64,000 nucleotides of DNA from Rhizaria sp. SCN 62-66. Taxonomy: Eukaryota. Positions 10,416-23,583 of the stretch are shown here, in pieces. The DNA lies in NCBI GenBank assembly GCA_001724265.1, contig MEDY01000117.1, positions 1-64,000 of the forward strand, in the 5' to 3' direction. The number at the start of each line of letters is the position of its first letter. The first letter of the stretch is position 1. The position numbers and the translations under genes are program-made. The notes under the pieces were generated by a model. The model was not told the origin of the DNA and did no database searches. It saw nothing but the letters and a program-made list of their open reading frames with translations.

Positions 10416-13400
10416 TTACATGTTGTTGCCCATTGTGCTGCGCTTGGCGCCTGCAGCGAACGCGGCCGCAACGCCCCCCAGCATAAGCCCGCCGCCGGCA
10501 GCAAGCGCCGCCGCAGAGCCAGCCACGCTGCTCCGGTTGCCGAGCACCGGCGTCTTCACCGCAGCAGCGCCAGCGCCCGCACTCCCGTTGGCCGTGGCGG
10601 AGACAGCTGCCGCAGCGGCCGCGGCGGCGCTGTCGGCGCTCTCCAGCCCCAGCGCGGCGCCCGAGGAGGGCGGCGGCAGCGCGAGCGCGAGGTACCGCTT
10701 GCGCAGCAGCACGGCGAGGAAGGTCTTGAGCTTCGCCTTAAGCGCGGGCGCGATGGGCGCGGGTGTGAGCGAGTAGCCTTCGAGCATGAGCGAGTACAGC
10801 GTCGCCAGCGGCAGCACGCGGCGGAAGTGCGGCATCGACGGCGCGGCCGGCACGGACTGCAACAGCGACAGCAGCTGCTGCTCGGTCATCACGCCCAGCT
10901 CGCCCGCGGCCGCGGCAGAGAGCGCGGGCAGCGCCGGGGGCGAGCCGGGCGGGCCGGACTGGGAGCCCGGACGGGCGCCCTGCCTCGAGCCCGCGCCGGC
11001 GCCACTGGCGGTGCTGGCGCTGGCGCTGACAGCACCGACGCCGCCGGAGAAGCCAAACGAGCCAAGGAACCCGCCATTCGCACTGGGACCAGTGTTGCTG
11101 ATGTTGCCGCTGTTCGCGTCCGCATTGGCACCAGCCTCCTCGTCAATGGTGGCGGGCCCTGTGCGCCCGGCGCCCGCGATCGACCGTGTGAAGCCGGAGA
11201 CGGACTCGAGCGTGAGCGCGGAGCGCATGTCAGTGCCCGCCCCGCTGTGACTGCGTCCGTGGCCGCGTGAGCTGCCCCTGGCACTGCCACCGCCGTTCCC
11301 ATGCTCGCCACCGCCACTGTGGCCGTTGAGGTGCATCATGTTGCCACCGCGCGACGCCTTGCGCGCGTGTCCAGCCCCGGCCCCTGCGCCAGCCGCTGAG
11401 CCAGCGTCTGCTTCGGCTTTGGCGCGCGCGGCGTTGCTGAAAGACACGACGGCCCCGCGCAACGCGTGCAGCCGCTGCCACGCGGCGCGGCGGTAGGCGA
11501 AGTCGCGGACACTAGCGCGCCACTGCGCGCGCTGGCGCTCGAACAGCGCGTGCAGCAGCTCGTGCCGCAGCGCGGGCGGCACCACGGGCACTGCGATGGC
11601 CTCGGCCGCGGCCGCGCGCTGCGCCGCACCCGAGCCGCCCGCACGCGTGAGCAGTCCGCGCTTGCGGGACTTCTCGTGCGCGCGCCGCGCCTCGGTCTCG
11701 CGGAAAGCCGCGATCGCGCGCGTCTCTTCAACTTCCCACTGCGCGTGCGCGGCGAGCAGCAGCAACTGGCGTCGCGCGCGCGCCTCGCGCCACCAGCGCT
11801 GGATGCGCACGGCGGCACCGCGCACGCGCCGCACGGCCGCGACCAGCGACGCGCGCTCCTTGGCCATGTCACCGACGGACAGCAGCACGGACGCGGCCCA
11901 GCGGCGGCGCGCGCGGCGGCGGCGCGCAGTGTGCGCCCGCATCGCACGCACGATGACGCCCGCGGCGTGCTCCTCCACGCGGCGCCGCGCGCGCAGCAGC
12001 CAGCCGCGGATAGCGTTCTGGATCGTGCGCGCGGCGCGGTTGAGCTGCGCAATGCGCTCGCGCTCGGCCTGCGCCGCCATGGCGTGCGCACGTAGCGCCA
12101 GCGCGGCCGTGATAAGCGCGCACTGCGTCGCCCACGCGCCCGCCGCCGCACTGGCCTCGGCGCGCGACGCCGCGTCCGCCTTGCTGCCGCCGCCGTTGCT
12201 GCCGCTGCCTGACGCGGACCCCGCGCCGCCGCTGCCACCGCCGCCGCCGTTCATGGTGCCAGTACCGCCGCCGGGAGCCGCGAAGACGGTGCTGAGCGCG
12301 GTGAGGTCGCGCACGCGCTGCGAGCGCGCGGCGTCGCACTCTGCGCGCGCCAGCAGCACGGCCTCAGTGCGCGCTGCGCGCTCCTCGCCGCGCTGCCGGA
12401 GCCGCTCACGCTCGCCCGCGCGCAGCCCCGCCGCGGCGGCCAGCTGCGCGCGCACGCGCCGCCGCATCGCCACCTCCTCGGGCACCGCGGCCTCTGCGGC
12501 GGCGGCCTCCGCGGCGGCCAGCAGCGCCGCGTCGGACTCGGCGCTGCCGACGGTCCCCAGCGCCTGGCGACGGCGCAGGTCCGCGGCGGCCGCGGCGGCA
12601 CGCTCACGCGCTGCGGCGGCCGCGGCGGGCTGGTGGGGCGCCAGAGAGCTGCCTTCATCGCTCGCGCCCCCTGCTGAGCGAGATGACTTGTTGCCCTTAC
12701 TGTTGATGCTGTTGTTGTTGCCGAGACGTTGGGAGCGCATGAGTGCTGCTTCCTCAGCGCCAGACAGTCCACCGTTGCCATCGTTGCTGCGACCGGTAGA
12801 GCCTTCCTCTGGATTGTCACCAGCGCTGTCCTGATCCTTGCTGCCGCTCTCGTCACCGTCGGCGTCGCCCTTGCTGTTGCCGTCGTCGCTGAAGTAGTCG
12901 TCGCCGTCGTCGCCGTCGTCGCCGCTGCCGGCGCCATGACTTTCCCGGCTCACGCCCACGCGCTCCAGCAGCCGCCGCTTCATGCCCTCCAGCGCGGCGG
13001 CGCGGTCGCGCGCGTGCCGCCTCCGCCGTGCCTGCGCCAGCAGTAGCGCCTCGAGCGGCCGCGGCTGCGGCGCGTCCCCGCCGCTGCTGCCTGTGCTGGG
13101 CTGCGTGAAGCGCGGCTGGCGCGCGAACTGGTGGGTGCGCTGCACTGCGCGCGAGTCGCCGCCGCCCGTGGTGTTGAGAACGGCGCCTACGGCCGCAGCG
13201 CCCGCGGCGCCGGCCCCCGCGGCGGCGACGGCCCCCGAGGCGACTGAGGCCGCCATGGAGTAGTAGCTCGACTCGGCGCGGTAGTAGGAGCCCGGGCCCA
13301 GCCGGGAGCCCGCGCCACCGCCGCCGGACGTTGTGGCGGCGGCGGCAGCCGCGGCGGCGGCCGCAGCAGCAGCGGCGCCGACCGCGCCGGCGCCGGCCAG

Positions 13401-14696
13401 GTGCAGCGTGGCCGCAGCCGCGTCGCGCGCGCCCAGGGCGAAGCGGACGGACGGCACGTGCGCGCGCGGCGGGGCTGCGCTGTACCAGCCGGGCCCGGGG
13501 CCGCCCGCGCCCGCAGCCGAGCCCGCCGCGCCGCCCGCCAGTGCGGCCGCGGCGGAGGCCGAGCCGGGGACGGGGGCGGGCGCGCCGGCGCCGGTGACCT
13601 GCGCCCCCCCGAAACGCGGCGCGCGCGGGAAGGTGTAGGTCGCCGCGGCGGGCTCGGTAGCGTCGCGCGCGGGCGGCCGCAGCACCAGCGCGGCGTCGGC
13701 GGCACGCGCCGTGGCGGAGCGCGAAAGCGGGGCTGACAGCGCGGCGCCCGAGTCCGCCGCGGGCGCCGCGGACGCTGAGGGAGGGGCGAGCACCGTGGCG
13801 GCGGCAGTCCCGGGCACGCCCAGCGCGGACACGCGCGGGAGCGCGGACTGGCGCGCGGAGGGCACGTGCGGGGCTGTGGCGGCGTCGAGCGCGGCAGCCG
13901 AGGCGCGCGGCATGTAGGGGGCGGGCACGCAGTCGGCGAGCGGCTTGGCGGGCGCCGGACGCGACACGCCGCGGGCAGTGCGGGGCATTGGCGCGCTCGT
14001 GAGCGGCGCGCCGAACGAGCCGGGGCCCGGGCCCGCGCGCGGCGGGAACAAGCTGCGCGTTGAGGCTGAGGGCGTCTCCGCGGCGGCCGCTGCGGCGGCG
14101 GAGACCGAGGCGGGGGCGGAGGAGCGCGACGGGGAGTGGCGGCGCGCGGTGCGGGCGCTCAGCGGGCCAGTCGCAGACATGCCCGAGGCGGAGGATGAAG
14201 ACGAAGATGAAAACAGCTGCGCGGAGGAGGCGGAAAAAGACGCGGCGTCGGGCGCGGCGGGGCCGTAGCGCGTCTCGGTGTAGGTGCGGACGAGCGCCTT
14301 ATGCTCTCCCGTGCCGGGCCATGCGACCAGGAAACGGGGTGGTACCAGCGCGTCGCCGCCGCTGCCTGCGCCGCCGGGACCGAACTCACTCGCCAGCGCG
14401 GCGTCAGCAAGCCGACGCGCGGTCATACCTGTGGCTGTGTCTGCGGCCGTGGAGAGCGGCGCGGCGCGGCGTGGGTTGAGTCGCAGTGAGAGGTCTTGAC
14501 GTGGGAGTGCAAGGGTGGCCGAGCCACCGGATGCGACGGTGGCCACGTCGCGGCGTTTCTCGGCACGAGCGAGGTTCTAGCCGCGGGAGCGGAGGACGTC
14601 AGCTGTAGCGTCGGCTTTGAGGTCGTGCATCCAGCCATTGCTCCAAGCGTCGTCTCTGGGGCCTGCTCGGGGGGCGCCCGGAGCGCGACGACTCAT
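10416..14696 (-). CDS. Large low-complexity protein with PGPGxY (SHIPPO/STPG-like) motifs, coiled-coil and IQ motifs; possibly flagellum-associated; in-frame TAG at 14577-14579
   Basis: GPGPGWY, LGPGSYY and GPGPGSF motifs; IQ-like AARTIQNAIRGWLLR and AAVRIQRWWREARAR. The ORF track starts at a GTG. An ATG at 14694-14696, near the edge of the AT-rich spacer, is in frame across one TAG. Stop is TAA. Confidence 0.7.
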
Positions 14697-15165
14697 GTGT
14701 GAAAACCTGGGTGGAGGTTACGGGCCAGTCTGGGATAGATTGAGAGTTTTGAAACCTATAAAAGAGGGAAAGTAAAATATACTCTATTAGTCATCTGTTA
14801 AGGAGAAAACAGGCGATTGCACAGATGTTATACTCAGATCCGAGCTGTTTGAAAGTGGACATAATGATCCGTTACAACTTCGGCAGAGCGACCACAATTT
14901 TTTCCCGAGTCGTCAGCACTCTTCAGCATAAACTTTGCAGAGTCCATCATCACAGCTATGAACGACCAATAGTCACAATCTTTGAACTATCTACACGAGT
15001 AATGCGTTTAATTATTATTATTTAACAACAGCTCACAGATCCTTTATGAACCTACCCAACTTGCTATCGCCTTACGCAGACATTTCCTTGCCGTAAACGG
15101 CTCTATCAGCGTCCTTTTCCCCTCTGTCTGTTACCCTCAGATCGCGTTGAGCGTTTTCCGCAACG

Positions 15166-18100
15166 ATGAGCAGCAGCTCTGACGTGGCGAAGCTTGAGGC
15201 GGCGCGCCTGGTTGGGCTCGTGATCGACGCGAGCGGCATCAACGACAAAGACTTTGCCGACTTCATAATCGATCTCGCGCACAACCAGTCCTCGTCCCGG
15301 TCAGACTTTGTCGACAAGGTCCACGAGATGGACGACACACTTGGCCGCGATTTCGCCGAGAAGCTCTACTCCGTCATCATGGACAACACCTCACCCGCGC
15401 GTCTCGCTGAGCTTGCCCGCGCCCGCAACAAGTCCCTCTCTGCCGCCTCGTCCGGCGGCGAGGTCAAGTCCGAGCACGGTGACTACAACGACGACCACGA
15501 CGGCCACGGCTCTGGATCGCGCCCGACGTCGGGCCCCATATACGCGGCGGGCGCGGTGAAGCACCCCGAGCGCGCGGCCGCGTTCCCCGGTCTGGCGGTG
15601 CCGGACGGGCTGCTGTCGCGGGATATGCAGAAGGGCGACGGCGCTAGCTTCACCGGGCTCAAGCCGGAGGACGACAAGTATGACAAGAAGACCGACAACG
15701 CGAGCAACACCGCCAACAGCAACCGGTACAACAACAACAACAGCAACAACAGCAGCAACAGCTACAGCGGGGGCCGCGACCGCAACGACCGTGACTCTGC
15801 ATACGCCCCCGGCTCTGCTTCTGGCTCTGGCGCGAACAACAGCTACTCAGACCTGCCGCGTCTGTACGGTGTGTACGAGGCCGAGGTGGTCAAGGTGGGC
15901 GACTACTCGGCCACCCTGTCGATCCTCGGCTACGCCACTGAGGCGTCCCGCCGCCCCGGCGGCATCCTGGAGGCGATCCTGCCCGCCGCCGGCCTGCGCC
16001 ACTCCGGCTCCGCCGCCAACGCCGGCTCCGTCCCGGGCGCCGCGACGGCCGCGGGCGGGCTGTCCGGGGGCGCGCTGGGCGAGGGCGGCCGCGTCGAGCT
16101 GCGCTCCGTGCTGCGGCCGCGGCAGCGCGTGTGGGTCAAGGTGCTTTCTGAGCAGAACGGCAAGTACAGCGTGTCGATGCGCGACGTCGACCAGGAGACC
16201 GGGCGCGACCTGCGCCCCATCGACCCCGGCATGCAGCGCCAGCAGACGCGCACCACCCCCTACGGCAGCAGCGCCGACGGCGGCGGCGGCGGCGAGCCGC
16301 CTGCGCGGCCGCCGCTCGACCCGCAGCAGAGCCAGCAGCGGCAGCGGCGCGTGTCGTCGCGCGAGCGCTGGCAGTCGCAGCTACTCTCTGCTAGCGGCGT
16401 CCTGGGCTCGACCGCCGAGCTGCAGCGCCAGCGCGCGCACGAGCAGCAGCAGTCCTCGTTGCCAGGCTACGCGTACTCGGCCCTGTCCTCGTCCTCGCTG
16501 GCAGGGATCGAGCTGATCGACCGCTCGTCGGCGCAGGCCAATGGTGTGGCGGGCGGCGACGAAGACATCGACATCGAGCTCAACGAGGAGGAGCCCGCGT
16601 TCCTGCGCGGCCAGGTCGCCGCCACGCTGGCCATGCGCGGCGGCGCGGACGGCGCGGGCGGCGGCGACGACGGCGACTCCGAGGCCGTCAAGATCGTGCG
16701 TATGCCACACGGTTCGCTGCAGCACGCTGCCGTGACACAGGCCGCGCAGGCCAAGGAGCGCCGCGCTGCGCACGAGCAGGCGCGACTGGCGGCCGCCGAC
16801 GCGGTGCCCACCGACATCGGCCGCGGCTGGCACGACCCGCTGGCCGAGGACGAGGACCGCATTCTGGCCGTGGATGCGCGTGGCGTTGCGGCTGGGCACG
16901 CGGCGGACCTGGAGAAGAACGAAATGCCAGAGTGGAAGCGCGAGACGATGGGGCGCAACACGACCTACGGCAAGGTGACGACCATGTCGATCAAGGAGCA
17001 GCGCGAGAGCCTGCCCATCTTCGCGCTCCGCGGCGCGCTGCTCAACGCCGTCAAGGACAACCAGGTGCTGATCGTGATTGGCGAGACGGGGTCCGGCAAG
17101 ACGACGCAGATGACGCAGTATCTGGCCGAGGCGGGCTACACCGCGGGCCGCAAGATCATCGGCTGCACGCAGCCGCGCCGCGTGGCCGCGACGTCCATTG
17201 CCAAGCGCGTGGCCGACGAAGTGGGCTGCAAGGTCGGCGCCGAGGTTGGCTACAACGTGCGCTTCGAAGACTGCACGAGCGCTGACACGGTGATCAAGTA
17301 CATGACTGACGGCATGCTGCTGCGCGAGCTCCTCATGGCGCCCAACCTGGAGCGTTACGGCGTCATTATCCTCGACGAGGCGCACGAGCGCACCATCAAC
17401 ACCGACGTGCTCTTCGGACTGCTCAAGGCGACGCTGACGCGGCGGCCCGACATGAAGCTCATCGTGACTTCGGCCACGCTTGACGCAGAGAAGTTCTCCA
17501 AGTACTTCGGCGGCGCGCCCATCTTCACCATCCCGGGCCGCACGTTCCCCGTCACGGTGCACTACGCACAGGAGCCGCAGACGGACTACCTGGAGGCCGC
17601 GTTGGCGACCGTGCTCGACATCCACATCTCGCAGCCGCCCGGCGACATCCTCGTGTTTTTGACCGGCAAGGAGGAGATCGACACAGCGTGCGAGCTGCTG
17701 TACGAGCGGTGTAAGGCGCTGGGCCGCAACATGCCCCCGCTCGAGGTGCTGCCAGTGTACTCGACGCTGCCTAGCGAGCTGCAGTCGCGCATCTTCGAGC
17801 CCGCCGCGCGCGGGTCGCGCAAGGTGGTCGTAGCGACCAACATCGCCGAGGCGTCGCTGACGATCGACGGCATCATCTACGTCGTCGACCCCGGGTTTTG
17901 CAAGATCAAGGCGTACAACCCGAAGCTGGGCATGGACTCGCTAGTGATCGCGCCTATCTCACAGGCCTCGGCGTCGCAGCGCGCCGGCCGCGCCGGCCGC
18001 ACGGGCCCCGGGCGCTGCTACCGGCTCTACACCATGGACGCGTTTAAGACGGAGATGATGCCGTCGTCGGTGCCCGAGATCCAGCGCACGAACCTGGGTA

Positions 18101-19157
18101 ACGTCGTGCTCACGCTCAAGGCGCTGGGCATCAACGACATGCTCGGCTTCGACTTCATGGACCCGCCGCCCGCCAACACGATGGTGACGGCGCTGCATTC
18201 GCTCTTCGTGCTGGGCGCGCTCGACGGCGACGGGCTGCTCACGCGCCTTGGCCGCAAGATGGCCGAGTTCCCGCTCGAGCCGCAGTTGTCCAAGATCCTC
18301 ATCTCCAGCGTCGACCTCGAGTGCGCGGAGGAGGTGCTCACCGTCGTCGCGATGCTCTCGGTCGACGGCGTGTTCCACCGCCCCAAGGACAAGCAGGCGC
18401 AGGCCGACGCGCGCAGGGCCAAGTTCTTTCAGCCCGAGGGCGACCACCTCACGCTGCTCGCCGTCTACGACTCGTGGCAGCGCGCCAACATGTCCGCCGC
18501 CTGGTGCCAGGTACGTATGAACGCACAATATTTATTAACAATATTTAATGACACAATCTTCCTATCAAACTCTAGATTCAACGCTCAATTCGATTATTTC
18601 TATTTCACGATATATTCAAACTGGTTTTGTTGAATACCTCTCATATATGGCTCTATACTCTTTACTTTATGTATCTCTATATTGTTCAGGACAACTTCGT
18701 CATCGCGCGCGGTCTGCGGTCCGCACAGGACGTGCGCAAGCAGCTGGTGTCGATGTTGGACCGCTACCGCCTGCCGGTGGTGTCCTGCGGGCGCCACGTG
18801 CACCGCGTGTGCCGCGCGATCTGCTCTGGGTACTTCATGCACGCCGCCAAGAAAGACCCGCAGGAAGGGTACAAGACGCTGGTCGAGTCGCAGCCGGTGT
18901 ACGTGCACCCATCGAGCGCGCTGTACTCGAAGCAGCCCGAGTGGCTGATCTACCACAAACTCATGCTGACGACCAAGGAGTACATCCACGAGTGCCTGGT
19001 CGTCGACCCCAAGTGGCTCGTGGAGCTGGCGCCGGACTTCTTCCGCAAGTGCGACGAGACGCAGCTCAGTCGCCGCAAGAAGCGCGAGCGGCTCGAGCCG
19101 CTCTTCGACAAGTTCCACGCACCCAACGAGTGGCGCCTCAGTCGCCGCAAGGGCTAA
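15166..19157 (+). CDS. DHX8: DEAH-box pre-mRNA splicing helicase PRP22/DHX8; exons 15166-18510 and 18690-19157
   Basis: S1 domain (RVWVKVL...[15 protein letters not shown]), [49 protein letters not shown], and C-terminus [20 protein letters not shown]. Intron 18511-18689 is GTACGT...CAG. Stop is TAA. Confidence 0.97.
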
Positions 19158-19510
19158 GCCACGAAGCAGGCTTATCGCCGATGTGCCTGTTCGGTGCGGC
19201 AGTGAAGCGGTGTGTGAGATTATTGGTATTAAGTGGAGCGGTGTATTATTATTCTAAAGATTAGTTGTTCGTTCTCCAAGTATTATTTCATAATGTTCTT
19301 GTTAGTATCCAAAAGGTAGTGTCACTATACACGATTCATAATACAACGCCTGTCTTTGTTTTGTATGCATCGACACATGTACGCAAATGTCACAGTCGCA
19401 GATGCTGGCCCGAACAGACAGAGTGACGATTCAGTCGTCTGTTACAATGTACAACACCCATGTTTACTCCTTCTCCTTCTTGTTCATCAACAGCGTGCTT
19501 TTCACTCTTT

Positions 19511-21480
19511 TCATTGAGCCGCCACGTCAGCGAAGCAGAAGGTGAACGCGTCGACCCACATGCCCGACGAACCAGCCACGGCGACCAGTCCGCGTCCGTT
19601 GCCGCCCTCGGCGACGGCGGTGGGCGCGGAGCCCTGCTGCACGGGCGTGCCCAGCACAGGCGAGCTGTGGCCCTGCGCGGTGTGGAACCGCAGCGCGCGC
19701 ACGCCCACATCGTCGGCCCATACGTCGACGCGCGTGATCAGGTCGTCGGGCTGTAGAGAGAAGCTCTCCGTGCGGTCACCCTGCTCGGCGCCGTTGGACG
19801 AGACGCCGCTGTAGCCGAAGGCGAGGTCGAGCCCCTGCACCGTGGCAGGGTCTCCGTTGCGCAGCTTCACGGTCACGGCCGTGGGGAAGCCCCAGACGGT
19901 GTAGCACTCGTCGCGCGCAAAGCGCGAGCCGCCCGTGCCGCCGAAGGGCCCGCTCTCCACGGGCGCGCGGTCCGCCACGGGCTGCAGCGCGCCCGACGCC
20001 GTGCGCCGCGCGGGGGGGCCGCCCGCGGTGCCGGGCTGGGCGGCGGCGGCGGCGGCGGCGCCGTACGGGGCAGCACCGGCGGCGGAGGCAGGGGGGTAGC
20101 CGGGGTAGGGCTGCTGCTGGGGCGGGTAGCCGCCGGGCGGAGGGTAGTAGCCGGGCTGGGGCGGGTAGTAGGTGCCGGGGGGTCCGGGAGGGGCGCCGCA
20201 CGCGCCGGGGGGCGGGGGACCGCCATAGTGGCCGGGCGGGGGCGGGTGGCCGTAGTGACCGGGCGGGGGCGGGTGGCCGTAGGGCCCAGGCGGGCCGTAG
20301 GGGCCGGGGGGGCCGCTGGGGGGCCCATAGGGCGCGGGGGCGCCGTACGGCCCGGGGGGCCCGGGGGGCCCGGGGGGGCCATGAGGCGCGCCGTAGGGGG
20401 AATACGGCGCCGCGTACTGCGGGGGCTCCGCCGGCGCCTGCTGTTGCTGCTGCTGCTGGGGCACGATGAGCACGGTGGTGGTGGCGCCGCCAGTGCCCGC
20501 AGTGACGACGGGGACGGCGACGCCCTGGCTCGGCGCCGCAGCCGCCGCGGCGCGGTGGGCGGCGCCGGGGTAGCCGCCGGCAGACTGGCTCTTGACAATC
20601 GTGCTGCCAGCAGCCGGGGCCGGCGCGGCGGCAGGAGCGGCGGCGGCGGAGGGCCCGGAGAAGGTCTGCGACTGCGGGAGCGGCTGCTGCGGCGGCAGCT
20701 GGCCGGGCGCGGGGGAGAACATGTGCGGCGGCCCGTTGGCGGCGGCCTGGCGCAGCTTGTCGGAGAAGTTGAGCTTCACGATAAGCGTGCCACTGGGCGC
20801 GTTGCGCGAGTTGTACAGCGCAATCTGCTGCGGGATGCCGTGCGTCTGCGGGAGACTGTTGATGAGCGGGACGCTGCCGCGGCCGAGCACAGTGTCGGAG
20901 CCGATCATGACCTTGTCGCACACCTCGAAGGTGAGGTAGGGCTGCGCGCCGTCCAGTGTGAAGGTGAAGCGCGCGTTCAGGTCGAAGTGCGGGCCGTGGC
21001 CGGAGCTGGCCGCTGCGAGAGAGGAACACAAGGGCAGGAGGTGACAGATCAGGCGTGAGTGCGGACAAGCAGGAGGCGACGATGCGAAAGTGCGATTTAT
21101 GGTGAAAGCAACGAGGGGGGCGGGTCAGGTGGTCTTTGGAGGCAGAAATGAAAGACTATGGTGATAGAAGCTTGAGAGTGTTAATGCGGATGGGAGACGT
21201 ACGTTTAGAGGGGACGTTAGCAAGACCACAAAGGACCTTGACGTAGGGCTTGCGCGAGAAAGTGGACTTGCCATCGTTAAACGTGACACCAGTGACCTCA
21301 GCACTCAGGAAGCCCTAAAGAACACAAAGCAAGCGCACATCGTAGTCATGTGAAAAAAATACCGACAATTACAGAAATAATACGTTCGGAAGCAGCGTGC
21401 GGATTAGAGTGGTGCTGGATAAACCGTGTTGGACGTACGACAAGGTTTGCCGCATTCGGCCGGGGAACTTGGCCCGGCAT
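19511..21480 (-). CDS. C2 domain + Pro/Gly/Tyr-rich linker + jacalin-like lectin domain protein (paralog A); exons 21480-21439, 21314-21203, 21012-19511
   Basis: The spliced N-terminus GFLSAEVTGV...KPYVKV...FTFTLDGAQPYLTFEVCDK..GSDTVLGRGSVPL is C2-like. The C-terminus GPFGGTGG...ESFSLQPDDLITRVDV...ALRFHT...GLVAVAGSSGMWVDAF is jacalin-like. Both introns are GTACGT...AG and phase-consistent. Stop is TGA. Confidence 0.8.
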
Positions 21481-21911
21481 GATGCTGTTGATCAAAGAAG
21501 AGAAAGACATACTCTCAGGGTTTTCAGATCTGGGAGAGAATTCCAACTCTGACGCTTTAACAGACGTTCTTCACTCAAAATGAGTCTCGCTCCGCTCCGT
21601 TGCCCGGATACGTCGTCGACGAGGGCTGTTCGGTTCCTAAAAAAGCCACCTCCTGCTTGTTTGCGGACGGACGGAGTGGGTCGAGAACTGGCCACTTCAT
21701 ACTTGCCTCTCGACTTAGTTCTCCCGTCAATGAGACGATGGGTGGTTGTACCAGGATTAAGTATGGATTATCTTTTTAATCTGCTTATTAGGTTTGCTGT
21801 ATATGCGATATGTGCTCTACGCTGAACCCTTCGGTCTTTTCACTTCCTGACTCTGTCACTCACGAACGGCCCCCCGCTTCCCCCCGCTTGCTTCCTTCCA
21901 GACGGCTCATC

Positions 21912-22447
21912 ATGAGCAATGACCCGTTCGAGAACATCAAGTCGCAACGCTTCAGCCGCGGCGTCGGCACCACGAGCTCCAGCCCCAGCACCACGAGCGA
22001 CGAGCCCCGCTGGCGCTCGTGGCTGATGCCCAAGAAGGACAACATCATGCGACCTGGCCAGACCAAGGTTGAGAAGGAGGGCATCAACGTACGCGCATTA
22101 TTTCTCACACATATAATCCGTTTAACATTAACTGCTAACACACCTTTCGGATTCATCGACTGCTGGGTTGTCTTGCTTGACGCGACCTCTGCTCTTGTCC
22201 TTGATCATTACTTACATGTTGTTTTTCTACTTCACTTGACTCTGCCCCGCAACAGTACGCGTCACACGCTGCGCGCCTGACCGAGAAGCTGATTATCGGT
22301 GGTATGATGGGTTTCTTCATCGGCTCTCTCATCCCTATCGGACACGCGCTAATCTCCCGTGTCCCGCTGCGCGCGCGCAAGACGGCCATCCTCACCGGCG
22401 GCGTCTCCATGGCCATTATCTTCGGCTTCGGTGGCCTAGTGCGCTAA
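21912..22447 (+). CDS. Romo1/Mgr2-like small mitochondrial inner-membrane protein; exons 21912-22088 and 22256-22447
   Basis: Exon 2, absent from the ORF track, reads EKLIIGGMMGFFIGSL...KTAILTGGVSMAIIFGFGGLVR*, resembling the two Gly-rich hydrophobic segments and G..IR end of Romo1/Mgr2. Intron 22089-22255 is GTACGC...CAG, phase 0. Stop is TAA. Confidence 0.65.
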
Positions 22448-23583
22448 ACGCGACACACTAACACGCAAATTATAGCAGCCGGCTATCTGTCGCTATGTCA
22501 ACACGCCAACAAGCGTTGCGTTTGATATGCGTGTTTGTTTTACTCCTTGCGTCACATCACTCTCACTATGTCCAAATGGGATTGGCTGCTGATGCTCCTA
22601 TCTATTCTATCTCCGCGCGCCGCATGTCCAGGCGGACGCGCCCCGTTACGTAGTTTCCCTTCCTCTCTGTCTGTGTCATGTCTTTCAGTCTTTGTGCCTG
22701 TCACTAATCTACTCTCTCCGCGATGTCGATCCTCTATGACGCCTCGCGGGCAGCGAGAATACACAGTATATATTTTTTTAAACTCGAGTTGATACTTGCA
22801 TATGTCATGTTAAACTGTCGTACTGATATTATATCTAAAAATTGTCACGATATGACTTTGTTGTCATGTATATAATCGCATTCCAGCGCGAGTGACATTG
22901 CTTGATGCTCTCCGTGGCTGTGCAGCTGTTTGGTGTCGGTCGATGCGAGGTCACGACAAGGGAGTCGAGTTGGCTGAGTTTCGAGATCGTGTACTGCCAA
23001 GAACAGCCGCAAGAAAAGACATTGCAACATTTTCAAATTCCTTGCGGTTATATCTGTTAGTTGCACTTAATTTAATTCAAACTGAATCTGTCAATGAACG
23101 CGTATCTCTGCAGCAGAAGGGGCCACCAATTTTCCTTTCGCGAAGTGCAATTTTGGTTCTTTTAGCTGGCTACAGCGTTTGAATCATCTCTGTACATGAT
23201 TTCATTTTGTAATTGTTAGTTGTATGGCTATATGCACCGGGGTGGCTTTGATTTAGCTTTGACATCCTCTTTCTCATCCTGTATCTACCTCACTTTCAAC
23301 ATCGTCCACCTGTTTGTGTTCGCTCCTTCACTTCCAATCACCTTCCAGACCGACGCCACCCGCTACAGTGGCAGTATTTCCACTTCAAGTACACCCGTAC
23401 AACAACAAAGACAGCTATTTTGTGCATCTGTAGGCGCTCACATTCGCCTTCAAATCGGTTCCGCGCCTGTCACCGCGACCGCGCCCAATCTTCTCTTTCT
23501 TACTCACTTCGACAACTTCGCACTACCCAAGCTCCTGCACCCGCGCGCTTGCTTGTTCGCCCGCCTGACCGCCTGCCCGCAGC

